Assembly (NCBI GenBank): GCA_046483985.1
Contig: JAWOCD010000049.1
Coordinates: forward strand, 1 to 33,034
Direction of reading: 5' to 3'
Source of the DNA: Promethearchaeia archaeon
Lineage (GTDB): Archaea > Asgardarchaeota > Lokiarchaeia > Sigyniarchaeales > SOKP01
Length of the DNA stretch: 33,034 nt
The stretch's first letter is position 1. The number at the start of each line of letters is the position of its first letter. The translations under genes and the position numbers were made by a program. Below are positions 19,483-27,739 of this stretch, in pieces. The notes under the pieces were generated by a model. It saw only the letters and a program-made list of their open reading frames with translations, did no database searches and had not been told where the DNA came from.

Positions 19483-20379
19483 TTATTGATCTCTGTTTTT
19501 ATGATAATTACTTATTATAACTTTAAGGATATCTAAAATTTCCTTATTAATACTTGTACATTCGAAATTTATTATATTTCTATTGTTTAGAAAATTTTCA
19601 ATATTTTTTTTTAAGAGAAATGAAGTTCTTATTTGAATTTGTGAATCCAAAATCTTTAATGTGTTTAATTTCCAAGTAAAATTGAGATATTTTAAAAATT
19701 TTCCAGAAAGCTCTTCAGGTAATTTTTTTACTATATGATTTACCAATTTATAATTTGGTTTTGGGAGATTTTTGATTTTTTGCTTTACTGGTATATATTC
19801 ATTATTAACCAAACATAAGTGCCGTGATGATGTCCAGAATTGATTAGATAAATATTTAGCTATCAGAGATGAATGTTTTGTATATTTCAATAGATCATTT
19901 GAAATCTTATTTTTTAAAATATCCAATTTAGTGCCCGAAAATTCCTCTCTTATACTCATTTTAATCATATATTTGATTAATTCAGCAAAATACTCACTGA
20001 AAATGTCAATCATTAGGGTATTCGTTCCCTCTTTAAAATAGAGATCCAGAAAATTGTTGAAATCTTTAAAACATGGAGAATTATGTGCTCTTAAAACAAT
20101 TTTTTTATAACTATCTTTTAAATGAGATTCTAATAATCCATCTTTTACAAAATAATCATTCCTTCTTTGAATAAGACCAGAATTAACCGATTTACTCACA
20201 TAGGAGACATGAATTGTTGTTAGATGTTTTTCCTTATCAACATTCAATATTTGGATAGAATTTTTTATTTTTCGGATTTCTTCTTCTGCTATCTCAATTT
20301 CAAGAAATCTTTTAATCTGTGAATATAATTCTAGATTAAGTAGAATTTGAAGGGGTGTTAATTCGAGCTGAAATTCCAT
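19483..20379 (-). CDS. Hypothetical helical protein; candidate substrate-binding subunit of the split phosphotransferase
   Basis: 298-aa ORF in very AT-rich DNA, 10 bp upstream of the His-domain gene and co-oriented with it. Function is inferred from context only. Confidence 0.65.
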   Translation of the reverse strand: MEFQLELTPLQILLNLELYSQIKRFLEIEIAEEEIRKIKNSIQILNVDKEKHLTTIHVSYVSKSVNSGLIQRRNDYFVKDGLLESHLKDSYKKIVLRAHNSPCFKDFNNFLDLYFKEGTNTLMIDIFSEYFAELIKYMIKMSIREEFSGTKLDILKNKISNDLLKYTKHSSLIAKYLSNQFWTSSRHLCLVNNEYIPVKQKIKNLPKPNYKLVNHIVKKLPEELSGKFLKYLNFTWKLNTLKILDSQIQIRTSFLLKKNIENFLNNRNIINFECTSINKEILDILKVIISNYHKNRDQ

Positions 20380-20408
20380 TAAATTATTAAAGTAAAAGAT
20401 TATATTTC

Positions 20409-20502
20409 TATTTTTCGGATTTATTCTTCTGCTATGTGAATGTAATTCTAGATTAAGTCAATTTCAAGAAATCTTTTAATCTGTGAATATAATTCTAGAT
20501 TA
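20409..20502. repeat. Patchwork of three near-exact copies of sequence from the adjacent gene's 5' coding region
   Basis: 20409-20435 matches 20266-20292 (1 mismatch); 20435-20458 matches 20318-20341 (1 mismatch); 20458-20502 matches 20294-20338 (45 nt exact). Confidence 0.85.
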
Positions 20503-20790
20503 TTTTTGGTACATCGAAAACAAAAGCAATTTTAAAACTAAATGAACTTGATGGTAAAAAAGAAAAATACCGAGATTTCCAGAAAAAAATTTGGGAGCAT
20601 CTTCAAAAAGAATACTAAAATCTTTTCAATTTCTTTCAATTAAAAAGATTATTCATTATTTTAATTTTATACTAATTCAGAACCCCACTTTTAATTATAA
20701 ATGCTCTTTTATTTTTCATTTAATAATCTGCTTGATTATTTTTAGCCTAATATTCAAGTTAAAAAATAATCCGACATTAATGAATAAAAT

Positions 20791-23700
20791 ATGACCACTC
20801 CAAGTACAACCCCCACAAAACCGTTAAATCCCACGCAAGAGTTTGAGGATTTCTTTCGCTATTATATGGATAAACCGGGAGTTTACAAATATCATGAACA
20901 GATAAAACGAATAGATTCTAAAGGAGCAAATACCCTTGTAATCTTATATGAGGATCTTTTGAATCATAATTATAAGCTTGCCAAAATGTTAGAGGAAGAT
21001 CCCGATCAATTGCTCGACCATGCACTTAAAGCCTTTAAAGATCTTCTAAAATTTGAATCTGGAGGGACCCTCACTCATGAAAAATATTTTGTAAGAGTGG
21101 CCACGCAAGATGATAAAAGTCCGTTGATGGTTCCTTTAAGAAAGCTTCGGGCTGAGGATATTGATAAATTGGTATGGTTCAGGGGTATTTTAATTCGAAG
21201 CTCCAAAATTCGCCCAAAGCTGACTAAAGCCTCATTTGAATGTCTTTTATGCGGTAGTCAATTTGAGGTGGTACAATTAACCTCGAAAATTAAATGGCCT
21301 AAGTTTTGCATTAATAAAAGATGTAAAGCGAAAGCACAAAATGATTTTAAATTGGTCACCAAGGATTCTGAGTTTATTGATTGGCAAAGTATTACAGTAC
21401 AAGAAATCCCCGAAGATTTACCGGCAGGGAGAATTCCGCGTTCCGTCCAAGCAATCCTTACTCATGATCTTGTGGATTATGTTAAGCCCGGGGATAGAGT
21501 AGGGCTTATGGGTGTCTATAAGTCCGTAATCGCGGGCTCCATTAGAAGCACAAATTCAAATCTTTTTAAAACGTTTGTGCATGTTAATTATGTTGATCCG
21601 GAAGATAAAAGCGACCTGGATATTGATATCTCTAAAGAAGATAAAAAAAAGATTGAGTCTCTTTCTCAAGAACCACTGATTCAAAAGAAAATTGCTCGTT
21701 CTATTGCCCCTCAAATTTATGGACGAGAAGAACTTAAAATGGCCTGTGCCCTAAGTTTATTTGGAGGTACCCGAAAACAAAAACCTGGAGGGGGATGGAA
21801 ACGAGGCGATATTCATGTATTATTCGTAGGAGACCCGGGTACTGGAAAATCAGAAGTGATTAAAAGTGCAGTGGATGTTTCTCCCCGAGGATTATATACC
21901 TCTGGAAAAGGGGCATCTGCCGTTGGTCTTACCGCTGCCGTAATTAAAGATGTGGATACTGGACAAATGAATTTGGAAGCAGGAGCGATTGTCTTAGCCA
22001 ATGGAGGTGTTGCAGCTATTGACGAGTTTGATAAGATGGATAAGGCTGATAGATCGGCGCTACATGAAGCAATGGAACAACAATCATATCATTACAACAC
22101 AGAAATCCTAAAATTGGATGGTGAAAAAATTAAAATTGGAAAACTCGTTGATAAAATGATGACTCTGAATGCTGATAAAGTTATTGAAGGTATAGATTGT
22201 GAGATATTACCTTATGAAGATATTAATCTTTATTCAACAGATTTCCAAAAGATATATAAGACTAAAATCAATAGAATTAGTCGACATAAAGCACCCGAGT
22301 ACTTTTATCAAATTAAATTTACAAATGGAAGAACGCTTAAAGTCACTCCAGAACACCCCATGTATGTCTATCGGAAGGGAAAATTACATACAATAAACGC
22401 TAAAGATTGTAACATCAATGATTTTGTGCCAATTCCAAAATATCTACCAAATTCTTCAAAACCTATAAATTTAAAATCTGATCCGTTTGAACCTCATCCA
22501 AATGCCAAAAAGATTCATATTCCGGAGATTTTAACACTTTCTATAGCCAGAATCTTGGGATATTTAATTGCTGAAGGTCATTCCTATGTTGGTTCAGCAG
22601 CAGAAATAGGATTTTCAAACATGGATAGAGTATTATTAGATGATTTTTCAAAATTAATGGAAGATGTATTTGATATTAGTCCCATCCAAAAACGTGATGA
22701 TGGATTGTACACCTTAAGGTACATTTCTGTTGAGTTATACAAATGGTTTAAAGAAAATTTTCCAGAACTACTTGTTAAGTCCATTAATAAAAGAATTCCT
22801 AAAAAAATTATGGGAGCATCAAAGAAAATCGCAAAACATTTCTTAAGGACTTCATTTAAGGGAGATGGAAGTGTTGAATCAACATCTCTTTGCTATAGAA
22901 CTGCATGTAAAGGGTTATCGGAAGATTATCAAGATTTATTATTAAAATTAGGAATTCAATCTCGAATTGTTGTTGATACCTATAATAATTCGTTTAAAGT
23001 TTATATAAGAGGACAATCTCTAATTGATTTTTTTAATAATATTGTTGAAAAAGATGATAAGAGATTCAATAAAATTAAAAAGCTGATTAAACCTGATAAA
23101 ATTAAAACTCACCATCATGATATTTTTCCAACTTCAGTAATTGAAGAGCTTATTGATATTAAAAAGGCACTTTCACTAAAAATTACTGGAACATATTGGA
23201 GACACTTGAAAAAGAGACATGGTATAACTCGAAATAAGCTAATTAATGAATTGAATAAAATCAAGGCTAAATTAACAAAAATAAAGGAAACTATTTCTAA
23301 AGAAAAAAAGATAAGAAATATTAGGAAATCTGGATTTTCTCAACAAAAACTTTCAGAGATTTCGGGAGTTAGTAGATCAAACATTAATTATTATGAAAGA
23401 GGGGGCTATAATAGTTCAAAAAGAAAAATAATTAATCAGAAAATTATTTTATCTTTCCTAAAACATATTAAGAATATAGAATTTAGAGTTGAAAAACTCA
23501 CAGATTTGATTAGATCAGAGATTCTCTGGGACAAAATAAAGAATGTTAAGAGAATAAAAAATAAAGGCCCCAATTATAAACCTTATGTATACGATCTAAC
23601 AGTGGAACCCAATCATACATTCATTAGCAATGGATTAATTTTACATAATACCGTTAGTATAGCGAAGGCGGGAATTGTTGCTACCCTAAAAGCAGAAACC

Positions 23701-24486
23701 GCAGTTGTGGCAGCAGCAAATCCGCATTTTGGACGATATGACAGTTATAAAACGCCCACTCAGAACATTCGAATGCCCCCTTCTCTCTTATCAAGATTTG
23801 ATCTCATATTTGTGGTTAAAGATAAGCCTAATAAATCTTATGATGCCCAACTCGCAGAATTTATATTAAAAAATGCAATGGGGACATATGATGAAGAAGA
23901 AAATGAAGAGAATAAAAATGAAGCTCCCGTTGCGCATGAACTTTTAAAAAAATATATCAAACATGCGCGAAGAACTTGTCGCCCAATTCTAACTCATGAT
24001 GCAAAGGAGAGAATTAAGGAATATTATCTTGATCTTCGAGGGCAATCCGACAGTGAAGAGGCAATAATCTCTATTTTAGCCAGAAATCTTGATGCTCTTA
24101 TCCGTATGAGTGAAGCGTATGCCAAAATGGCACTGAGAGAAAAGGTAATCGAAGAGGATGTGAAAGAAGTGATAAAACTTTTTGATAGATTTCTAAAGGA
24201 TACCGGATATGATGAAACCACGGGAAAAATTGATGTAGACCGGATTGTTGCGGGAGAATCTCGGAGTAAGCTGAATAAGCTTGAAACATTATTGGACAGA
24301 ATGAAAGAAATGTTTGCGGAAAATAATTGGCAAGAATTGGAAAAACAAGCAATTATCCAAACTCTGGACTTAGAGGAGGGCTTAGATAAGAAATTTATTA
24401 GTGAAGCTTTGAAGAACCTAATAAGAGATGGAGATGTATATGAACCGAAGCCAGGATTTCTTAAATTTACACGAAGACAAGAGTAA
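20791..24486 (+). CDS. mcm: Replicative helicase MCM, intein-containing precursor
   Basis: Zn finger CLLC...CINKRC, QEIPEDLPAGRIPRS, VKPGDRV, Walker A GDPGTGKS, Walker B IDEFDKM, Arg finger LLSRFD and a C-terminal winged helix. Confidence 0.97.
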   Translation: MTTPSTTPTKPLNPTQEFEDFFRYYMDKPGVYKYHEQIKRIDSKGANTLVILYEDLLNHNYKLAKMLEEDPDQLLDHALKAFKDLLKFESGGTLTHEKYFVRVATQDDKSPLMVPLRKLRAEDIDKLVWFRGILIRSSKIRPKLTKASFECLLCGSQFEVVQLTSKIKWPKFCINKRCKAKAQNDFKLVTKDSEFIDWQSITVQEIPEDLPAGRIPRSVQAILTHDLVDYVKPGDRVGLMGVYKSVIAGSIRSTNSNLFKTFVHVNYVDPEDKSDLDIDISKEDKKKIESLSQEPLIQKKIARSIAPQIYGREELKMACALSLFGGTRKQKPGGGWKRGDIHVLFVGDPGTGKSEVIKSAVDVSPRGLYTSGKGASAVGLTAAVIKDVDTGQMNLEAGAIVLANGGVAAIDEFDKMDKADRSALHEAMEQQSYHYNTEILKLDGEKIKIGKLVDKMMTLNADKVIEGIDCEILPYEDINLYSTDFQKIYKTKINRISRHKAPEYFYQIKFTNGRTLKVTPEHPMYVYRKGKLHTINAKDCNINDFVPIPKYLPNSSKPINLKSDPFEPHPNAKKIHIPEILTLSIARILGYLIAEGHSYVGSAAEIGFSNMDRVLLDDFSKLMEDVFDISPIQKRDDGLYTLRYISVELYKWFKENFPELLVKSINKRIPKKIMGASKKIAKHFLRTSFKGDGSVESTSLCYRTACKGLSEDYQDLLLKLGIQSRIVVDTYNNSFKVYIRGQSLIDFFNNIVEKDDKRFNKIKKLIKPDKIKTHHHDIFPTSVIEELIDIKKALSLKITGTYWRHLKKRHGITRNKLINELNKIKAKLTKIKETISKEKKIRNIRKSGFSQQKLSEISGVSRSNINYYERGGYNSSKRKIINQKIILSFLKHIKNIEFRVEKLTDLIRSEILWDKIKNVKRIKNKGPNYKPYVYDLTVEPNHTFISNGLILHNTVSIAKAGIVATLKAETAVVAAANPHFGRYDSYKTPTQNIRMPPSLLSRFDLIFVVKDKPNKSYDAQLAEFILKNAMGTYDEEENEENKNEAPVAHELLKKYIKHARRTCRPILTHDAKERIKEYYLDLRGQSDSEEAIISILARNLDALIRMSEAYAKMALREKVIEEDVKEVIKLFDRFLKDTGYDETTGKIDVDRIVAGESRSKLNKLETLLDRMKEMFAENNWQELEKQAIIQTLDLEEGLDKKFISEALKNLIRDGDVYEPKPGFLKFTRRQE
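22084..23649 (+). mobile_element. 522-aa intein in MCM with LAGLIDADG homing endonuclease and an XRE-type HTH
   Basis: It interrupts the conserved AMEQQ|TVSIAKAG. N-terminal Ser (SYHYNTEI), block B LKVTPEHP, LAGLIDADG-like LGYLIAEG and FLRTSFKGDGS, terminal VYDLTVEPNHTFISNGLILHN followed by Thr. Confidence 0.95.
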
Positions 24487-24581
24487 TTTAGTCGCAAATC
24501 TTTCATTTTTTCGAAAATAATCTCTTCTTCTAATATTTCATAAAAAAAAAATTCAAATATCTTTTTAATTTTTTTAGAGTT

Positions 24582-25151
24582 ATGAATACACTAATTCAGA
24601 ATCTGAAGGAAGCCTTAATTGGTGAAACAAAAGCTCAATTAAAATATAAATTCTTTGCAGAAAAAGCCCGAAAAGAAAATCTACCGGCAATAGCAGATCT
24701 TTTCAAGGCAATTTCGTTTGCCGAATCAATTCATATTAAGAATCACAAGAGAGCATTATCAGTATACACAAATTCGGAAATAAAACCATCAGATTTTCTT
24801 GATATTAACCAAGATGAGATCAAAGAGCAAGTTAAATCGACCAAAGAAAATCTTGAGAATGCCATTGAGGGAGAGATTTATGAAACTAAAACCATGTATA
24901 AACAATTTGAGAAAAATGCAGATAATATGGGAGAAATCACAGTGCGATTATCCTTTTCCTTAGCTCGAGAAGCGGAAAGTATTCACGCTAAATTGTTTAA
25001 AAAATATCGGAAGAGACTGAAAAAGGGGAAGGAAATTAAACAGCGGAAAATTTTTGTTTGTCAGATATGTGGAAATGTAGAATTTGATGAAGCACCAGAT
25101 ACATGTCCCGTATGTGAGCATGATAAGCAATTTTTTAAAAAATTCAGTTAA
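24582..25151 (+). CDS. Rubrerythrin family protein
   Basis: NLKEALIGET, AESIH, NLENAIEGEIYE, a second AESIH, and a C-terminal rubredoxin-like CQICG...CPVC. Confidence 0.92.
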   Translation: MNTLIQNLKEALIGETKAQLKYKFFAEKARKENLPAIADLFKAISFAESIHIKNHKRALSVYTNSEIKPSDFLDINQDEIKEQVKSTKENLENAIEGEIYETKTMYKQFEKNADNMGEITVRLSFSLAREAESIHAKLFKKYRKRLKKGKEIKQRKIFVCQICGNVEFDEAPDTCPVCEHDKQFFKKFS

Positions 25152-25182
25152 AAATTGGAATATGCTACTTAAGCTTTTTCTC

Positions 25183-26001
25183 TTAAATCCATTCACATTG
25201 AGTAATGGCAGCATCCTCAAGAAAACCTATTCGGCTCCAATGATCAATTAACCGATTGATAAATCTATCAGGAATTACTTCAATCAGTTCATAATCTTGT
25301 TTTAATTGCTTTATACGTCTCATTATTGATGTTAGTTTTGCTTTCTTACCTTTAAGATTTTCCCTAATGATTTTTTTCTCGTGATGGTACCCTTTTTGAT
25401 ATTCCTCATCATAAAAATCTATTGATTTATGAGCATTGAGATAGTCCTGAAATCCCAGATATTTTTTATGCATATTTTCAAACGCCCTTCCGAAATCGAT
25501 ACGTTTAAGACTCCCATCATCTTGTACAATAAAATGTCTATCATAGACATCATAAAGGCAAAGCACTTCATGTAAATAATTCATTCTCCCCAAACTAAAC
25601 TGAAAATTCTTTATCTCATAGTTCGTAAGATCAGTCCCCTGAATATAATTTGTCATCAGATAAGGAACTTCACTTTTAAACTTCCAAAAACTTTTATGGT
25701 AAATTCCCGTTACATAAATTTGAAATCCTAATTCGGGATCAAAAAAATTTTTAGTAAGATGGAGGGCTAATACCTCAGGAAAATAATGTTCTCTAACATA
25801 TTTCAAAAAAAATAGGGGTTCGTTATCCAATGATAAAATTCGGCATTTTTTAAAGTATCCCCAACTGCAATTGAGCAAAAAATTTTCATTTCGGTTGAAT
25901 TCTATTAAGTCTAAAAGTCCCCTAATCTCTTCTTCTGAAATATCGGAAATGTCTTTCCAGAGAAATAAATTCTGTAACATTTCTTTATTATGGGGGTTCA
26001 T
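25183..26001 (-). CDS. Atypical protein-kinase-like fold protein (PI3/PI4-kinase- or HipA-like)
   Basis: FFLKY...FPEVLALHL (Lys/Glu pair) and the catalytic-loop/Mg-binding region LYDVYDRHFIVQDDGSLKRIDFGRAF. Confidence 0.6.
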   Translation of the reverse strand: MNPHNKEMLQNLFLWKDISDISEEEIRGLLDLIEFNRNENFLLNCSWGYFKKCRILSLDNEPLFFLKYVREHYFPEVLALHLTKNFFDPELGFQIYVTGIYHKSFWKFKSEVPYLMTNYIQGTDLTNYEIKNFQFSLGRMNYLHEVLCLYDVYDRHFIVQDDGSLKRIDFGRAFENMHKKYLGFQDYLNAHKSIDFYDEEYQKGYHHEKKIIRENLKGKKAKLTSIMRRIKQLKQDYELIEVIPDRFINRLIDHWSRIGFLEDAAITQCEWI

Positions 26002-26082
26002 TATTATTTCCTTAGAATTATTAAAAAAACCTTATTACATTAATCACTTTTATTATATTAAATATCTTTATATTATAGGTTA

Positions 26083-26925
26083 ATGCCATCCAGATTTTTT
26101 GATGTAATAGAACAATATAACGAACAAGAAATAATTGAATTAATTGGAAATATAGAGAAGATCTTAGCAAAGGAGAATCACTTAATCCAAGTTCCCCAAG
26201 GACGAACTATGATAATCGGAGACCTTCATGGAGATCTCGATACTTTGAATCGGATTATAAAAACTTTTTTTAGAGAAAATTTTAAAACCCTTCTTTTCTT
26301 GGGAGACTATGTTGATCGCGGAGCCAAACAAGTCGAGGTAATTAATGTATTATTTTACTATAAAAAATTAATGCCCAATCGAATATTATTACTTCGGGGA
26401 AACCACGAAGATCCTTATATTAATCGCCAATATGGTTTTTATGATGAAGTACGTCTTAAGTTTTCAAATCATAAATTTTTATTTCGCCGCTATAATCAAG
26501 TGTTTTCGAACTTACCCCTTGCTGCGATGACTTGGAATCGGATTTTCTGTGTACACGGAGGTATCCCAGACGGATTAGATTCAGTTAATCAAATAAATAA
26601 TCTCCCTGAAAAAGAAGAAAAAATCAAATCTCCAATCACTAAACAATTGGTTTGGAATGATCCTCATAAGCGTGCTAAAGAATTTAAATGGAGTCGCCGC
26701 GGACCGGGAATTAAGCGATTTGGGGAAGAAGCATTAGATTATTTTGTAGAAAAAAATAAGATAAATTTAGTCATTCGGGCCCATGAAAAATTTAAAGATG
26801 GTTATAAAACATATTTTGATGAAAAATTGCTAAGTATTTTCACTTCACGCGCGTATTCCAAACGAGTTTCCACCGTAGTGGGCATTATCGAAAGGGATGG
26901 TTCGGTTGATGTTTTAGAAATATAA
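26083..26925 (+). CDS. Ser/Thr protein phosphatase, PPP family
   Basis: Motifs GDLHG, GDYVDRG, LRGNHE, YGFYDE, CVHGG, LVWNDP and IRAHE. Confidence 0.95.
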   Translation: MPSRFFDVIEQYNEQEIIELIGNIEKILAKENHLIQVPQGRTMIIGDLHGDLDTLNRIIKTFFRENFKTLLFLGDYVDRGAKQVEVINVLFYYKKLMPNRILLLRGNHEDPYINRQYGFYDEVRLKFSNHKFLFRRYNQVFSNLPLAAMTWNRIFCVHGGIPDGLDSVNQINNLPEKEEKIKSPITKQLVWNDPHKRAKEFKWSRRGPGIKRFGEEALDYFVEKNKINLVIRAHEKFKDGYKTYFDEKLLSIFTSRAYSKRVSTVVGIIERDGSVDVLEI

Positions 26926-26947
26926 AAAAATAAAGAAAAAAGGAAAT

Positions 26948-27652
26948 TTAAGGCTCTAAATAAATCCCAATCAGATAGGAAGCAATAAAAGCCACAAATC
27001 CAACAATCACCATTTCAATTCCAGATTTCCAAGGAGATTCTCCCGTGATTTTAGTTTTCAATGATCCTGCTATGAAAAGCATGGAAAAGGAGATCAATGA
27101 AGATAAGATCAAAGAAATGATTCCTAAATCTAAGAGATAAGGAAAAATCGAAATAAAGGCGCCAAATAAAAACGAAAAAAAGGTTAAAATTGCTCCAATT
27201 ACTGGACTCTCTGGTTCTTCCAATCCTAATTCACTACTGACTAGAAAATCTTTCCACGTCTCCTTATCCGAAGTAATTTTTTCCACGGCAGCATCGAGAA
27301 GTTCTCCTTCAAATCCCATATCTTTAAAGATCGTGCTTACTTCCATCTTTTCCTCATCAGGAAATAATTCTATTTCTGCATTTTCTCTTTCGATTTCATT
27401 TTGAATATATTTTGCTTCAGATTTACTTGAGATATATTCTCCTAACCCCATACTAAATGCGCCCGAAACCATGGCGGCAAATCCGGTTAAAACTACTACG
27501 AAATTATCTCCGGTTGATAGATAGGTCGCCGTGGCGACACCAATCAATAATGTAAATACAGAAATTAAGCCATCATTAAAGCCCAATATGATGCTTCGAA
27601 TCTTTCCTCCTCCGGCAATATGTTGTTCTTGAAATTGATCTTCAAAAGCCAT
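26948..27652 (-). CDS. VIT1/CCC1 family Fe/Mn transporter
   Basis: IILGFNDGLIS, SGAFSMGLGEYISSKSE, an acidic cytosolic metal-binding segment and C-terminal TM helices. Confidence 0.93.
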   Translation of the reverse strand: MAFEDQFQEQHIAGGGKIRSIILGFNDGLISVFTLLIGVATATYLSTGDNFVVVLTGFAAMVSGAFSMGLGEYISSKSEAKYIQNEIERENAEIELFPDEEKMEVSTIFKDMGFEGELLDAAVEKITSDKETWKDFLVSSELGLEEPESPVIGAILTFFSFLFGAFISIFPYLLDLGIISLILSSLISFSMLFIAGSLKTKITGESPWKSGIEMVIVGFVAFIASYLIGIYLEP

Positions 27653-27739
27653 TTTTATTCCTCTATTTTGGATTACAATATTATTAATTCAACAACTAGT
27701 ATGAAAAAACTAATACTTGTTGATTATAAAAATTTAAGC

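Noticed and set aside
20266-20502. Diversity-generating retroelement TR/VR pair
   Set aside because: The copies are short and scrambled, lie at the 5' end of the gene, differ at only two positions with no consistent adenine pattern, and no reverse transcriptase is in the window.
20572-20600. ORB-like origin box upstream of mcm (TTCCAGAAAAAAATTTGGG)
   Set aside because: It is a single weak match without the GAAAC core, a repeated partner or an adjacent orc1/cdc6.
20591-20794. 67-aa ORF upstream of mcm
   Set aside because: TTG start and an F/I/L/K/N-rich translation typical of AT-rich promoter DNA.
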